A stretch of 64,000 nucleotides of DNA from Octopus sinensis (taxonomy: Eukaryota), in contig NC_043020.1 in assembly GCF_006345805.1 (NCBI RefSeq), positions 26,970,001-27,034,000 of the forward strand, read 5' to 3'. The notes beneath the pieces were generated by a model. The model worked only from the letters and a program-made list of their open reading frames with translations, had not been told where the DNA came from and ran no database searches. Positions 50,506-63,683 of this stretch are shown one piece after another. The position numbers and the translations under genes are program-made. Every line of letters starts with the position of its first letter. Position 1 is the stretch's first letter.

Positions 50506-50542
<37 letters not shown>

Positions 50543-50573
50543 TGTATATATTTCTGTATATAATGTGTGTGAT

Positions 50574-50617
<44 letters not shown>

Positions 50618-52155
50618 AAAAGAATATGTTATATTATTCCTCATACAAAAACAGCCATACTAACAATCCAACATGTCTCCACATGTGTAATGGATGTTTA
50701 TATGCGAATATATATATATTCGTGTGTGTATAGATACATATATAATATATATGTATGTATGTGTGTGTATAATTTATGTCTATGTGTATATACATTTTTA
50801 TATATCGTGTGTATGTGTTCATACATATGTTTTGTATGTGTGTGTTTATAAAATAAATGTTAAACACTCTGCTGCTTCTGCATTTGTTATGTATGTGAAG
50901 GCGTTGACGGCTTGTTTCTCTGGGATTGGTCAAGTAATATAGACAACTGATGAGACCCCAATAAGGCTTGAAAATCTGATAAGGCAGTTCATCCCCCCCC
51001 CACCTAAATTTGACATGTTTGTGTGGCTACTATATAAATTTACATACGTGTGTATGTGCCTGTGTTTTTATATATATATGTGTGTGTTTGTGTGTATATG
51101 TTTGTGTGTGTGTGTTTAAGCGACTAATTCTTCCGAGTTTGTATGAGTTCGGTGGAATTCGTTAAAGCATCTTTTTTACGACTGGATACCCATCTTTCAG
51201 GCAACATCTGTTGCTTTCAAGGAAGGTAATAATTCTCCATGACCGAGCATAATTGTGTTAAAAGGTCGGAAACGAATAACACCGCTAGTACGCCAGTATC
51301 GGCACTCGCCGAGAAAATGTCACGACGAGGAAAGGCGCAGGCACACACACACACGCATAGCATTCGTATGTTTAAATAACTATAAGTTTAAGCCTGGACG
51401 GCGTTATGATCTTGGGCTTTTTACCATTGGAAAAATAACTGCGGTTTACCTCACAATATTTGTTCCAGCTTCCAGAGGTGTTTTACGATTGTAACCCTCA
51501 TCGGGGCAACTGTGCCTCCCTTCCTTTCGTGACCGGTAAATAAAAAAAAAATGCCAGTCAAGTATAATGCTCGTTTTCTCTATCTCTCTTTCTGTCTCGT
51601 AATCAGCCAAGTTCGCTTGCTGTCGTGTCAACGGTGAAGTTAAATGGTTGAAGAGATGCATTTATGGTCCTCTGTCGTGAGGGTCTCCCTAGACCATTGG
51701 GATACTCGACCGAATAATTGTAGGCTCTTGTTAAATAGGAAATCTTCCCTTCCATGGGATCTTCAACTTCTTATGGAGCTGTAAAGGGAGACACCGTGAT
51801 ACAGCGTGTTTATTCATGCCGCAGGATCCCGACTCCCTGACGGTCTGAACGTAGCCGAAGTCTTCTTGTTCTTGATTGAGGGGAGGAGAGAGAGAGAGCG
51901 AGGTGCCCTGTTTTCTTCATCGACCCCGATGAGTCAAGCTGTTATGAAAGACATGGGCGGCCATGGCGGAATTTGAGTTCCAGAGACTCTCGAACGAATC
52001 CTGCAAACGCTCTGTCCGATGATCAAACGGCGTAGCTATTGGCTGCCTAGACTGGATGTAAATGCCTAATTAAATGCCTAAACGCCTAATTAAATCCCTG
52101 ATCGACATAACACCTGAAGTAAATTGATTTCTCCTTTGAGCTCGGTACCAGATAT

Positions 52156-52467
52156 TTAGGGTTAGGGTTAGGGGGAGGGTATCTTTTTTTCTTCACAAAT
52201 GTAAATAAACCCAATTTATTTCTTAGACGAGGGACATATTCATACGACGCAGAATGTTTTTTTACTTCAATGGACGTCATTGATTGGTTGAAATTGCAGA
52301 AATTGAAGATAAAAAAAACTACAAATATCTTACAAACTATAGAATTTTCTCAATAAAGCCAAGAGAAAAAGATGTTTTATAAACACATTCTACCAGTATA
52401 CGAAGTTTAAAAGTTTTTAGTTACGTGGAAATTATTTTAAAAAACTGTCGGTCAAACCGAAAAGATC
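52156..52467. mobile_element. TIR element family T2, copy lacking the canonical left end
   Basis: From ttagggttagggttagggggagggtatc to aaaactgtcggtcaaaccgaaaagatc it is near-identical to 57173-57488. Confidence 0.9.
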
Positions 52468-52469
52468 AA

Positions 52470-52592
52470 CCTACAACGCATTGGTCATGTCTGTGCTATA
52501 GTAGAAGACACTTGCCTCAGACGCCGTGCAATGGGACTGAAGTCCAGACCACGTGGTCGGATAAATTCTCAACCACAGAGCCATGCATGCGC
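52470..52592 (-). mobile_element. SINE family A, 5' half, truncated at the T2 element
   Basis: ctatagtagaagacacttgcctcagacgccgtgcaatgggactgaagtccagaccacgtgg...accacagagccatgc. Confidence 0.85.
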
Positions 52593-53044
52593 AACTAATA
52601 TTCTTTCTCCGTAAGAAGCAGGCAAACAACACTTGCACTTGGCCAGGCTTGCATATTTATGTGAGGATGCATCGCTACACTAACGGTCGCAGGCCTTGCG
52701 CACAGGAGCAAGCGATGGACAGGTAAAATTTTTAGAGCCCTCAGGTGAAACGGGAAGCGGTGATTTCTTTTCCTGTGCCAGCAATGCCAAATGACACCTG
52801 ACAACCGTCGATGACGTGTGGACATGGGACGAGCTTGTTATTAAATCTCGCCGGCTGTACTTTTCTCGGACAACGTGTCTAAGACTACGTTATGTAGTAT
52901 CTCCTTTTCATTTTTGGTTTTTAAACAGTGTTTGTTCGGAGACTTGGTTGTTACTTCTCTCAGATCTAGCCCACTAGCAGACGCGAGCACAATATCTCTT
53001 TCTCTCTATCTATCTATCTGTCTGTCTGTCTGTCTCTCTGTTTG

Positions 53045-53334
<290 letters not shown>

Positions 53335-53429
53335 ATATCTACCTACCTGTCTGACTGTCTGTCTGTCTCATGTGAAACTGTTACCCCCACAGATTGTTTT
53401 CTCTCTCCACTCCCTCCCTCCCTCCCTCC

Positions 53430-53540
53430 CTTTCCTTTGAAGTGCGAAGGCTCGAAACGTCGATATTTTCCCATTCTTCCCGAGAGTCAAACGAATGCAC
53501 CTGTTTGTTGTGCCATCACCTGTTTTCTTTTGGAATCTAT
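53430..53540 (+). mobile_element. Penelope-like terminal fragment with a degenerate hammerhead-like core
   Basis: tTGAAGt-gcgaaggctc-GAAAC-GTC at 53436-53461, followed by ttcccgagagtcaaacgaatgcacctgtttgttg. Confidence 0.45.
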
Positions 53541-53786
53541 CTAGCTAGCTAGCTAGCTAGCTGGCGACAGAGAGAGAAAAATTTCAATTATGAGGGATAA
53601 TCTGTTGATCAATCAATTAAGTCGGCGCTCACCTGTCTTACCTGGTTGCCTGATCAGTTAGGGGTTACGTAACGTATTAAACAATCTGATTCCTGATGCT
53701 TATGATACAATAAAGATTCCTAACGAAAGAGTTCTAGCAATATCAGATAACCCATTCGTGTGTATGTGTGTGTGTGTGTGTGTGTA

Positions 53787-54080
53787 GACGCATGGCTCAG
53801 TGGTTAGAGTATGCGACCCGGAGGTGGGGGTCGTTGTGTCCTTAAGCAAGATTCTTTATTTCACGTTGCTCCAGTCCACTCAGCTGGCAAAAATAAGTTG
53901 TACCTGCAATTCAAGAGGGCCAGTCTTGTCACACTCTATGGTCTCACTGGATCTCCCAGAGAACTAGGTTAGGGGTACGCGTGTCTGTGGTGCACTGAGC
54001 CCATTACATGTTTATGGTTTCATGAGCAGGTCGCTTCGTTGATCGATTTAACTGGAACCCTCGTCGTTGTAACCGACGAA
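53787..54080 (+). mobile_element. SINE family C (tRNA-derived, CORE-like)
   Basis: A-box-like tggctcagtggttaga; gtgtccttaagcaagattctttatttcacgttgctccagtccactcagctgg; 3' end ggaaccctcgtcgttgtaaccgacg. Confidence 0.8.
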
Positions 54081-54119
54081 CTATCTGCCAGTTGTGTGTG
54101 TGTGTGGGGGGGGGGTGGC

Positions 54120-54482
54120 GATATGCCATGTTTGAGAAGGCCCGTCAAATGAAGCGGGATCGCGGTCGTGGCCGATTCCAGTGTCGCAAAAATGGCACCT
54201 AAAAGGCACCCTTCAGACGTTGGGGGCGATGTGCTGTGCTTGTGTAGGCTAGTCAAGCCAAGTGAAATCGTAGTCGCGGCCGATGCCGGTGTTAGGTCAA
54301 TGGCCCCCGTGCCGGTGGTACGTAAAAATGCACCCACTGCACTCTTGGAGTGGTTGGCATAAGGGAGGGCATCCGTCGTAGAAACCTTGCCAAATCAAAT
54401 TGGAACTTGGTGCAGCTCTCTGGTTTACTAGTTTTCAATCGAACCGTCCAACCCATGCCAGCATGGAAAGCGGACATTAAAC
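54120..54482 (+). mobile_element. Family D element (RTE-related 3' part)
   Basis: ggtacgtaaaaatgcacccactgcactcttggagtggttggcataagggagggcatccgtcgtagaaaccttgcc...aacccatgccagcatggaaagcggacattaaac. Confidence 0.8.
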
Positions 54483-54724
54483 ATTACATACACGCACGCA
54501 CACACACACGTGATTTGAGGGAATTTGGTTACTGTCTTTACTGGGTTCATCGAACAGTTGATCCCCTTTGGGTTTAAGAGATTAAACAATCCACAGCAGT
54601 GAATTTGTCTGCGTGAATCAAAATGGTTAATACCGCCATGTGTTGGTATTACAGTTGTTTTGATATTGATTTCTGAATGTGTGTTGGTATATGGGTGGGT
54701 GGGAGAAAGATAGATAGATAGATA

Positions 54725-55300
54725 TGTTTCTTTATTAGCCACACAGGGCTGTACACAGACGGGACAGATTACAAAGTAGAGCTTTTCTTGGGGGGGGGGA
54801 GAAGGGTGTGGCAGGTTTTCGATCAAAAGGGATCTTAAAAGAGAAAGAAGAAAAAAACCCGATCAATAGGGATCGTGTATCACAGTGTCATGATGTAAAG
54901 TGTAAAGGGGGAAGCAGATAAGGTCTATCCGTGGGAACAAAAGCCTACGGAAAAGACCACGGTAACCTCGGTCAATAATGTTACATGTTACCACATTTGT
55001 TTGCAAGTAGGTAGCCCTCTGTTTTAAATTTTCCGGTTTCATAGGATCATGCTCAAGGTGGCTTCGTCAGTCCTTGCTACATTCACCTATCTTTTTTTGA
55101 AACATTCGCTAGACAACACTTGCCTCTCTACTCTCACTTTCCTTTTCAAGTGCTACTTGAAGAAGTTGATGAGAGATTGACCAGAGAGGAAAGTGTTTGT
55201 CTCCAATCCTTTCAGACGCGTCCACCAGATACATTCTTTCTTCATAGCCACAAGGATGATGAAAATAGCTCTTCCTTCCCGTTTGAAGGAAGGAGGCGCA
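54725..55300 (-). mobile_element. 5'-truncated L1/Tx1-clade LINE 3' end (ORF2 C-terminus plus 3' UTR) within (GATA)n
   Basis: Minus frame 55299-55039: APPSFKREGRAIFIILVAMKKECIWWTRLKGLETNTFLSGQSLINFFK*HLKRKVRVERQVLSSECFKKR*VNVARTDEATLSMIL*. IWWTR resembles the IWxxRN motif of L1/Tx1 ORF2. Followed by an about 315-nt UTR, AATAAA and (TATC)n. Confidence 0.65.
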
Positions 55301-55449
55301 GATAGATGGATGGATAGATAGATGGATAGATAGATAGATAGATAGATAGATAGAGAAAGAGTGTTGGGGTGTGTGTATGTCTTTCTGTGTACGTATTTGT
55401 ATTTTTGTGTAACTGTACATTTAATAATGGGGGAATTGAGATGTTGTCA

Positions 55450-55780
55450 CTGGTGCAGCCGTGTGGTTAAGCCCCTGACCGAGTAATGCCTTGTGAAACG
55501 ATTTGGTATACAGAAACTGTGTGGAAGCCGTTCGTCTGCACACGTGCGTGTCTGTATGCGTTTGTGTGTATGTATCTATGCGTGTGTTTGCTGTATTTGT
55601 ACACCCTCTGCATGACATCCGCTTGGTAAGCGATGGTTTCTGCACGTAAACTAACAATCGGTTAAAAAGAAAAAACCCAGAAATATCCCGCTAGAATAAA
55701 GTACCTGTTAGCTCGGCCAATCTCTCCAGGTCGGTGCCCCAGTCTGGCCGCAGTCCAATGAGTGATACAGTTCAAACATA
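55450..55780 (+). mobile_element. SINE family A, decayed
   Basis: gcagccgtgtggttaag...atgccttgtgaaacgatttggtatacagaaactg...ggtcggtgccccagtctggccgcagtccaatgagtgatac. Confidence 0.75.
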
Positions 55781-56338
55781 ATACAACCGTTACATATTTC
55801 CGTAGTACTCTCCTCAGATCTCCTTTCATCCTTCCCCCTTCGTACACAAAAACACGAGAATATCATTAGTTCCATATAACTAACGCCGAGTCCTCGTCTC
55901 TCTTTCTTTTCTTTTCTTCTCTTTATTTACCTGTCGTCGTAAAACACATGCGTCCAAACGTAATTAGCCGATACCGTATCTGTGTTTCGTTGTAAAATTG
56001 GAAGCTCTCGTAGCTTCACTATACTGTGAAATGTATCTCGGTTTAAGTGGGCATTTGTGACTCTGTGTGTGGGGGGAGAGACATAGAGATAGGAGAGACT
56101 TCAAGTTCACCTGTGCTGGCGTGAATTCCCCACCTCCAAAGAAGAAACGAACGACAGCTGTGCCTGCGCGTGTGTGTCATATACTTACGTGAAGATAGAT
56201 GCACACGTACATGCACGAGAACGTACGCATAAAATATATCTACACAAACATATACGTACACGCCCATCCAAACACACGCACACACATACATATGTATGTA
56301 TATATATATGTATATTTATATGCATGCATATACATTCT

Positions 56339-56401
<63 letters not shown>

Positions 56402-57072
56402 ATATATATATGCATACACACACGTGTGTGTGTGTGTATTTATACAAACACACACAGTCTCAATACTTAAGTCTCAGAAATTGCGCCGGGTGTCCACTAG
56501 TATGAATGCATGTTTATACGTATACATACGTACATGCCCTACCCGCGCACAAGCATGCATAGACATGCAAACGCACACACACACACACACACACACACGC
56601 ACGCACAAATGTGTGTGTGTATGTCACCGTATATTTTTTCCTCAATTTCTTGTTCTCTTCTTTTTTCTTTTCCTTTATGTAAGACATACAATAAACGCCA
56701 GGGCTCTCTTGTTGCCGTCTACGGTTAATGTAATCAGGTACACCCCCCACACACACACCTTGTGCCTATAGAAGATAAGATTATTGTTATTCTTATTGAT
56801 TGTTTTTACATTTTCGTCCGTCGGCAGAACATCAATTGTAAAATATTTAAGAATATTTCCCAATTCAATTTATTTTTCAGATTATCTCCCCTTATACTAT
56901 GACTATCCTACGACTGTCGATTAATTCTGCCGCTGGGTGGTTTTCTTTCTGAACCCTGTCGCTTTCAATTTAATATTTGTCACTCTGTTAACCGAGATTT
57001 TTGGTCAATGTTTTTAATCCTTATTCTAGTAATAATAGATCCTATATCTTCTCGCCCTCTTAGAGGATCGTG

Positions 57073-57489
57073 GGATCTTTTCGGTTTGAACGGCAGTTTT
57101 TTCTAACGGTGTCATATGAAATTGTCACCCATAATTATGACCCTAGTATCGATCTATTGCATTTTAATCTGTTTTAGGGTTAGGATGGGGGGGAGGGTAT
57201 CTTTTTTTCTTCACAAATGTAAATAAACCCAATCTGTTTCTTAAACGAGGGACATATTCATTCGGCACAGAACGTTTTTTTTTTACCTCAATGGACGTCA
57301 GTGATTGGTTGAAATTGCAGAAATTGAAGAAAAAAAACACAACAAATATGTTACAAACTATAGGATTTACTCAATAAAGCCAAGAGAAAAAGATGTTTTA
57401 TAAACACATTCTACCAGTATACGAAGTTTAAAAGTGCTTAGTTACGTGGAAATTATTTTAAAAAACTGTCGGTCAAACCGAAAAGATCC
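57073..57489. mobile_element. 417-bp TIR element family T2 with internal TTAGGG motif
   Basis: ggatcttttcggtttgaacggcagttttt ... aaaaactgtcggtcaaaccgaaaagatcc (about 29-bp imperfect TIRs); no obvious TSD (cgtg | gaag). Confidence 0.9.
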
Positions 57490-57693
57490 GAAGCTTGCCA
57501 TACTAAACGCATGATCGGATGCTTTTTCATATAATGCTTCCGGGGCGAAGTAAGTGATGGGTGCGCAGAAATGACGCGGAAATAATTTCACATAATCAGC
57601 ATTTAATAGTCAATGAAACACGTGTAAAGATGTCATTCGTAAAACATTCACTTTATTCTTTTGTTATGTTCTCTGCAATGTGTACATACGTGT

Positions 57694-57725
<32 letters not shown>

Positions 57726-58257
57726 CACACTTGCATATAAATGTAAAAATGTATATAAGTAGGCTTGTCTATTTGAGGACATTTTGAATGGCAGTCCTGC
57801 GCAGAGAGTGACATTCTATTTATATAGACACAGGAATATGGTGTGTACGCAGGGAGATGTGTGAGTGTCGAAGAACAAATGGAATTTGTTCACGAAGGAA
57901 TGTTTCGCTTTGTAGTCTAATGTATTATGTATTGACTATGTGACCTTCTATATACGTTCAGCCATCCACATATATGTACATGCATACTTATATAGACAGA
58001 CACGCACATACATACATACATACATACACACACACTCCTTCATGTGCGGAACAACTGCCGTTACAGGAATGAATATGAATATGCGTGAGTATATATAAAT
58101 GAACGCATGTGCGCGGAGTACAAACACACACTCATGCATAGGAAGTGTATACACATGTATACATACGTACGCAGATGATAAATTCATAATCCTCCTTCTG
58201 TGTATGAAGACACACGGACGTAAATTCACGCGAACATGTTGCTTGCGCGTAGGTTTT

Positions 58258-58315
58258 ATAATCATCATCATCACCGTTTAACGTCCACATTCCATGCTAG
58301 CATGGGTTGGACGAT
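58258..58315 (-). mobile_element. Family D 3' tail
   Basis: atcatcatcatcaccgtttaacgtccacattccatgctagcatgggttggacg; further tails at 15901-15950, 60757-60855 and 60962-61008. Confidence 0.85.
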
Positions 58316-58347
58316 TATATATATATATACGCACACACACACACACA

Positions 58348-58414
<67 letters not shown>

Positions 58415-58448
58415 TATATATATATAGATATATATATATATATATACA

Positions 58449-58562
58449 TGCGAAGGAGTGGCTGTGTGGTAGGTTGCTTGTTTACCAACCACGTGGTCCC
58501 AGGTTCAGACTCACCCTATGGCGTCTTGGGCAAGTGTCTTGTGAGTGGATTTCGTAAACGGC
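58449..58562 (+). mobile_element. SINE family A, 5' part
   Basis: gcgaaggagtggctgtgtggtaggttgcttgtttaccaaccacgtggtcccaggttcagac...ttgggcaagtgtcttgtgagtggatttcgtaaacgg. Confidence 0.85.
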
Positions 58563-58646
58563 AACTAGATTATATTGAGTGACCCAAAAGTTGTAGCATG
58601 GGCGTTGTTTGTTATGTATGTATATATGCATATGTTTTATTTATTA

Positions 58647-58726
<80 letters not shown>

Positions 58727-59179
58727 TTATATTTGGATTGGAAGCAAGGGGGCCTCTACTCTATTTTCATTTCAATCGCTGTCTGCCTCTCTCTCTCCCC
58801 TTCATTCTGTCTGTCTCCCCTCTCTCTCTCTCTCTGACAATCAGTGACCGCAGAAATTGAACAGGTGAGTGATAAGAGATGGACAAAATGACACGTTACA
58901 ACAGGTAGACAAAAATTTGAAAAAAGATAAACACATAGGCACCAATCAACAGAAGCTGTGCAGAGTAAATATAATATGGCGAGCAAAAGGTAGAGGAATA
59001 GACGGACGTCGGTTCGAGTGAACCCCTTATCAAAACAGAAATATAAGCAAGATCAAAAGAACAGATATGACGCCGCTTTAACGCACGTGTGTGGATATCT
59101 TTGTACTACATGCTGTAGAGACATCATCATCATCATCGTTATTATCATTATATTATACATAATAATGTGTGTGTGTGTG

Positions 59180-59640
59180 GGTGCTGTCCCCAAGCACATG
59201 GTCCCGGGTTCAGTCCCACTACGTGGCTGGCACCTTGACGAAGGGTCTTATATAGTCTCGGTTCAACAAAAGCCTTGTAAGAGGATTTGGCTGACGGAAA
59301 CCGAAAGAAGCCGGTCGTGATTGTGTATGTGCGCAGACAGGAGTGTATATCTGTGTGTCCTCCCCCACTGCCTTTTAACCGGCGTTGGTTTCTTTACGTC
59401 TCTGTAAACCCATGCTAGCATGGAAAACGGACGCTAAATGATGATGATGATGATGATGATGATGTAGTCCTGTATGTATCGATGTGTGTCTTTGTTTCTC
59501 CCCCTCCCACCGCCTGTCTAGCGGTGGTGCATTTACATCCCTGTAATTAGCGGCAGCTCGGATTGAAAAAAACAACAACAAAACTCCTGGATCTATGTTT
59601 TCCATTAAAGTTCTTCAAAGCAGTACTCCAGTATGTCCAC
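59180..59640 (+). mobile_element. SINE family A with a family D tail inserted at about 59405-59465
   Basis: cacatggtcccgggttcagtcccactacgtgg...tttacgtctctgtaa|acccatgctagcatggaaaacggacgctaaatgatgatgat|...cccctcccaccgcctg...agcagtactccagtatgtccacagt. Confidence 0.75.
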
Positions 59641-60055
59641 AGTGTGAGAAACATGCATAAATTATACTGGGTGACCCAAAAGTTGTAGCATGGGCGCTGT
59701 CTCTCATTCCCCCATTCCCATCTCTTTCTCCACCGTCGTGTCACAGTCTCTCTTGCTTCACTGAAGCCCCTGTCCCATGGTTTGCTTCTACGGCTCCGGG
59801 CCCTACATGATATCTGGTCTACTGTCTCGGCCATTTATACCTCCGTGGGTAGTTGAACTGTGTCTGCATTACGGAACAGGGTTAGCGTTGTGTTTTGGCA
59901 TTTTTAGACCAACGAACCCCGCTTCCTTTATGGGTCAAAACTTTTATTATATATCAAAGAATAGTCACTAACAAAATAGCCGCCCACCACCACCGAAAAA
60001 AAGAAGCCCTTTTTCTGTATCATTTAAACGCAAATTGGATTTCTAAATTTACAAT

Positions 60056-60450
60056 CTTTTCTACTCTAGGCACAAGGCTCGAAATTTTGGGGAAAGGGGC
60101 CAGTCGGTTACATCGACCCCAACATGCAACTAGTACTTAGTTTATCGACCCCGAAAGGATGAAAGGCAAAGTCGACCTCGGCGGATTTTGAACTCAGAAC
60201 GTAACGACAGACGATATACCTATTTCTTTAGTACCCAGAAGGGGCTAAACAGAGGGGACAAACAAGGACAGAAAAACGGATTAAGTCGATTACATCGACC
60301 CAAGTGCGTAACTGGTAAATTATTTAATCGACCCCGAAAGGATGAAAGGCAGAGTCGACCTCGGCGGAATTTGAACTCAGAACGTTACGACAGACAAAAT
60401 ACCGCTAAGTATTTCGTCCGTGGTGCTAACGTTTCTGCCATCTCGCCGCC
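60056..60450 (-). mobile_element. Full-length dimeric SINE family B
   Basis: Minus strand starts ggcggcgagatggcagaaacgttagcaccacgg (A box); two gagttcaaa(a/t)tccgccgaggtcgact(c/t)tgcctttcatcctttcggggtcgat units. Confidence 0.93.
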
Positions 60451-61022
60451 TTGGACTTCTAGATGTATAATGCTTGCACGCTCCCATACACACGTATTAT
60501 TATATTTAAAAATTCATTTAGCATTTAATTCAATTATAAATTTTTTTGGTTGTTTAACTAAAGCCCTCCAGGGTGGTGCCCCAGCATGGCCACAAACGAA
60601 TGGCTGAAACAATTCAAAGGTAAAGGACTATATAACGTGTGTGCGCCTATAGATGTCTGTACTAAGATACATATACATACATATGCGCGCACTAGTATGT
60701 GTGTGTGTGTATATATATACACTCGCATGTGTGTGTGTGAGATATATACATATATATATCATCATCATCGTTTAACGTCCATTTTCCATGCTAGCATGGG
60801 TTGGATGGTTCCCACAGGGGCCTGGGAAACCAGAAGGCTGCGCCAGGCTCCAGTCGTATATATATTTATTTCTATACACACACATACCACTCACATACGC
60901 ATATAAATGTTCATATGTGTGCATGTATATACATACACAAACACGTATATATACAAGCAAAGTCGTTTAACGTCCGTTTTCCATACTAGCATGGGTTGGA
61001 CGGTTCAAGATAGCTAGATAGA

Positions 61023-61054
<32 letters not shown>

Positions 61055-61369
61055 TGTGTGTTTGCGTCGACGATCTTCTCCCGATCTGATGACTTGGACT
61101 GCTATGCATCGCACAAACAGAAAACTTCCTCAAATCACATCAACGTACGAGGGAAGCAGATCTCTCTCTTCATGGATAATGTATAACGTTCGACTTGATG
61201 GTCATGGCAGGGTTGCCTTCGATCTGTCCCATCAGACATAAATGTTCAGAGCGAGACCCTAATTGGGAGCTAATTTACAAGGCTCGAAACCAGGGCCAAC
61301 AAAGGGTTCTCTATCTCGACACACTCGGATTCTAGAAATAGCAGTCCGAACCCTATCAGATCATATTAT

Positions 61370-61696
61370 TGTTGTATTCTGAAATTAAATTCTGGACAAT
61401 GTGGCCCTCAGCTCTCTGGACTTAGGGAAAAGTACAGGATTGGCAAGGCTGGCAGGGCCTTTCATTACGAGGGTCAGGAAGACGAAGGGTGATTTAGGGA
61501 TAAAGAGCAAGTCCAGAGCCGATGCGGGGTTAATCAACAGTAGCTTGGTTTAATCGATATTTATTGAACTTTGGTAATCATCTAAAACCACAATCCATGT
61601 TCACACACAGGCACACACTCACACACAAACACTTACATACACACTTCACATATTCCCATAGACCCACTAAAACACAATGGCGCTCACAGTTGCGCA
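61370..61696 (-). mobile_element. Possible solo-LTR-like fragment
   Basis: Minus strand has AATAAA (61565-61560) and ends aatacaaCA at 61370; no matching TGTTG start seen. Confidence 0.25.
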
Positions 61697-61699
61697 TTT

Positions 61700-62040
<341 letters not shown>

Positions 62041-62428
62041 ACTAAGTATGGCTGTTAGCCTATCTGTCGGTGACTCTCTCTCTGTCTCCCTCTCTCTCTC
62101 TCTCTATCTATCTTTTAAACACCTCCTCTCTCACACACACGCGCGTACACTCGTATGCGCGCACACACAGCAGGCCACAACATGGTGGCTGGCTTACAGG
62201 TTCGATTCAATCGCACTGATGCTATATATGTCGAATGACGTCAGGGCAGACTCTTCTGCTGAGCCTATTGGTAAGAGATGCACACGCAACACTATATACA
62301 TACATGCACACACGCGCACGCATGCGTGTGTGTGCATATGCGTGTGTATGTGTGTGTGTATAGATACATGTATGTATTCACACACGCACAAATTCACTGA
62401 TATATGTGTATATATATATGTATATATG

Positions 62429-62460
<32 letters not shown>

Positions 62461-62499
62461 CCATATTGCAATCCTGTGCACAGCCTCAGTCATACCATT

Positions 62500-62542
<43 letters not shown>

Positions 62543-62862
62543 TCACATACATCTTCTCTCTCTCACTCTCTATCTCGCTTTTTCTACACATGCATCTCAT
62601 CCTTCCTCTAACACGCATCTAGACTCGTGCAATAAGACTGTATACTCATGTATACTCACTTATAATATACATTACTCAAGTGCATATATACAAATGCGCA
62701 TATTCTGTTCGTCGCACGCGCATCCAGGGATCAGCTACACACACACACATGTGTACACACATGTGTGTGAGCACTGTTGCTCCTATAGTTACCTACTAAC
62801 AAATATTTATTATTGTGTAAGCGGAATGTGTGTATGTATGTATGCGCATGTATATATATGTA

Positions 62863-62895
<33 letters not shown>

Positions 62896-63343
62896 GTGTG
62901 TATGTATATCTGTGCATATGCGTGTATGTATATATATATATATATATATAATGTGTGTGTGTGTGTGTGTGTATATGTATATCTCTGCATATATATATAT
63001 ATATAATATATATATATATGTGTGTGTGTTTGTGTGAAAAGTTTCGCCTGGTGGCTGGCTGGCTGGTTGGTGATTGATAAGGGTGGGTCCTTCTTTAACT
63101 TAAGAGAGCATACCTCTTCTCGAATGTCCTACAAGTCCTGAGTTCTATATAAGGCATTTAATATATGTTATACCCTACACATATATATATAACATACATC
63201 CATACATATATATTCTTATATACACATACAACACATGCTTGCACATGCATGTAGATATATATAGAGAGAGGTTGAGAGAGACGTGTGTTTTATGCAAAAA
63301 AAAAAGGCACACACAATTTGATATGTATGTATCTATTTATATG

Positions 63344-63384
<41 letters not shown>

Positions 63385-63385
<1 letters not shown>

Positions 63386-63517
63386 CATACATACAGATAA
63401 AGGTGAAATATAATTAATTTAATAAAGTCAACAAATTTCACCAAGTAGTATTTCGGTATGGAAAAGGACCATATTCGGTAAAAGTTTATATAATTATAGC
63501 AAAGACCCTCTTTGTTA

Positions 63518-63527
<10 letters not shown>
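63385..63527. mobile_element. Short (TA)n-embedded element ending in a 19-bp hairpin
   Basis: Start aaggtgaaatataattaattt is related to 5925-5950; ends tatataattatagcaaaga-ccc-tctttgttataattatata. Confidence 0.55.
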
Positions 63528-63586
<59 letters not shown>

Positions 63587-63637
63587 GACATGTATGTGTT
63601 ATGCAAAAAAAGCATACACAATTTGCTATGTATGTAT

Positions 63638-63683
<46 letters not shown>

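Noticed and set aside
50947-50975. Hammerhead at CTGATGAG...GAAA
   Set aside because: Stem II is imperfect, with no stem III/NUH arrangement and no stem I pairing.
55931-56024. 93-nt minus-strand micro-exon (IVKLRELPILQRNTDTVSANYVWTHVFYDD) between tttcacag and gtaaat
   Set aside because: Weak polypyrimidine tract, unrecognised peptide and no partner exons; such matches are expected by chance in 64 kb.
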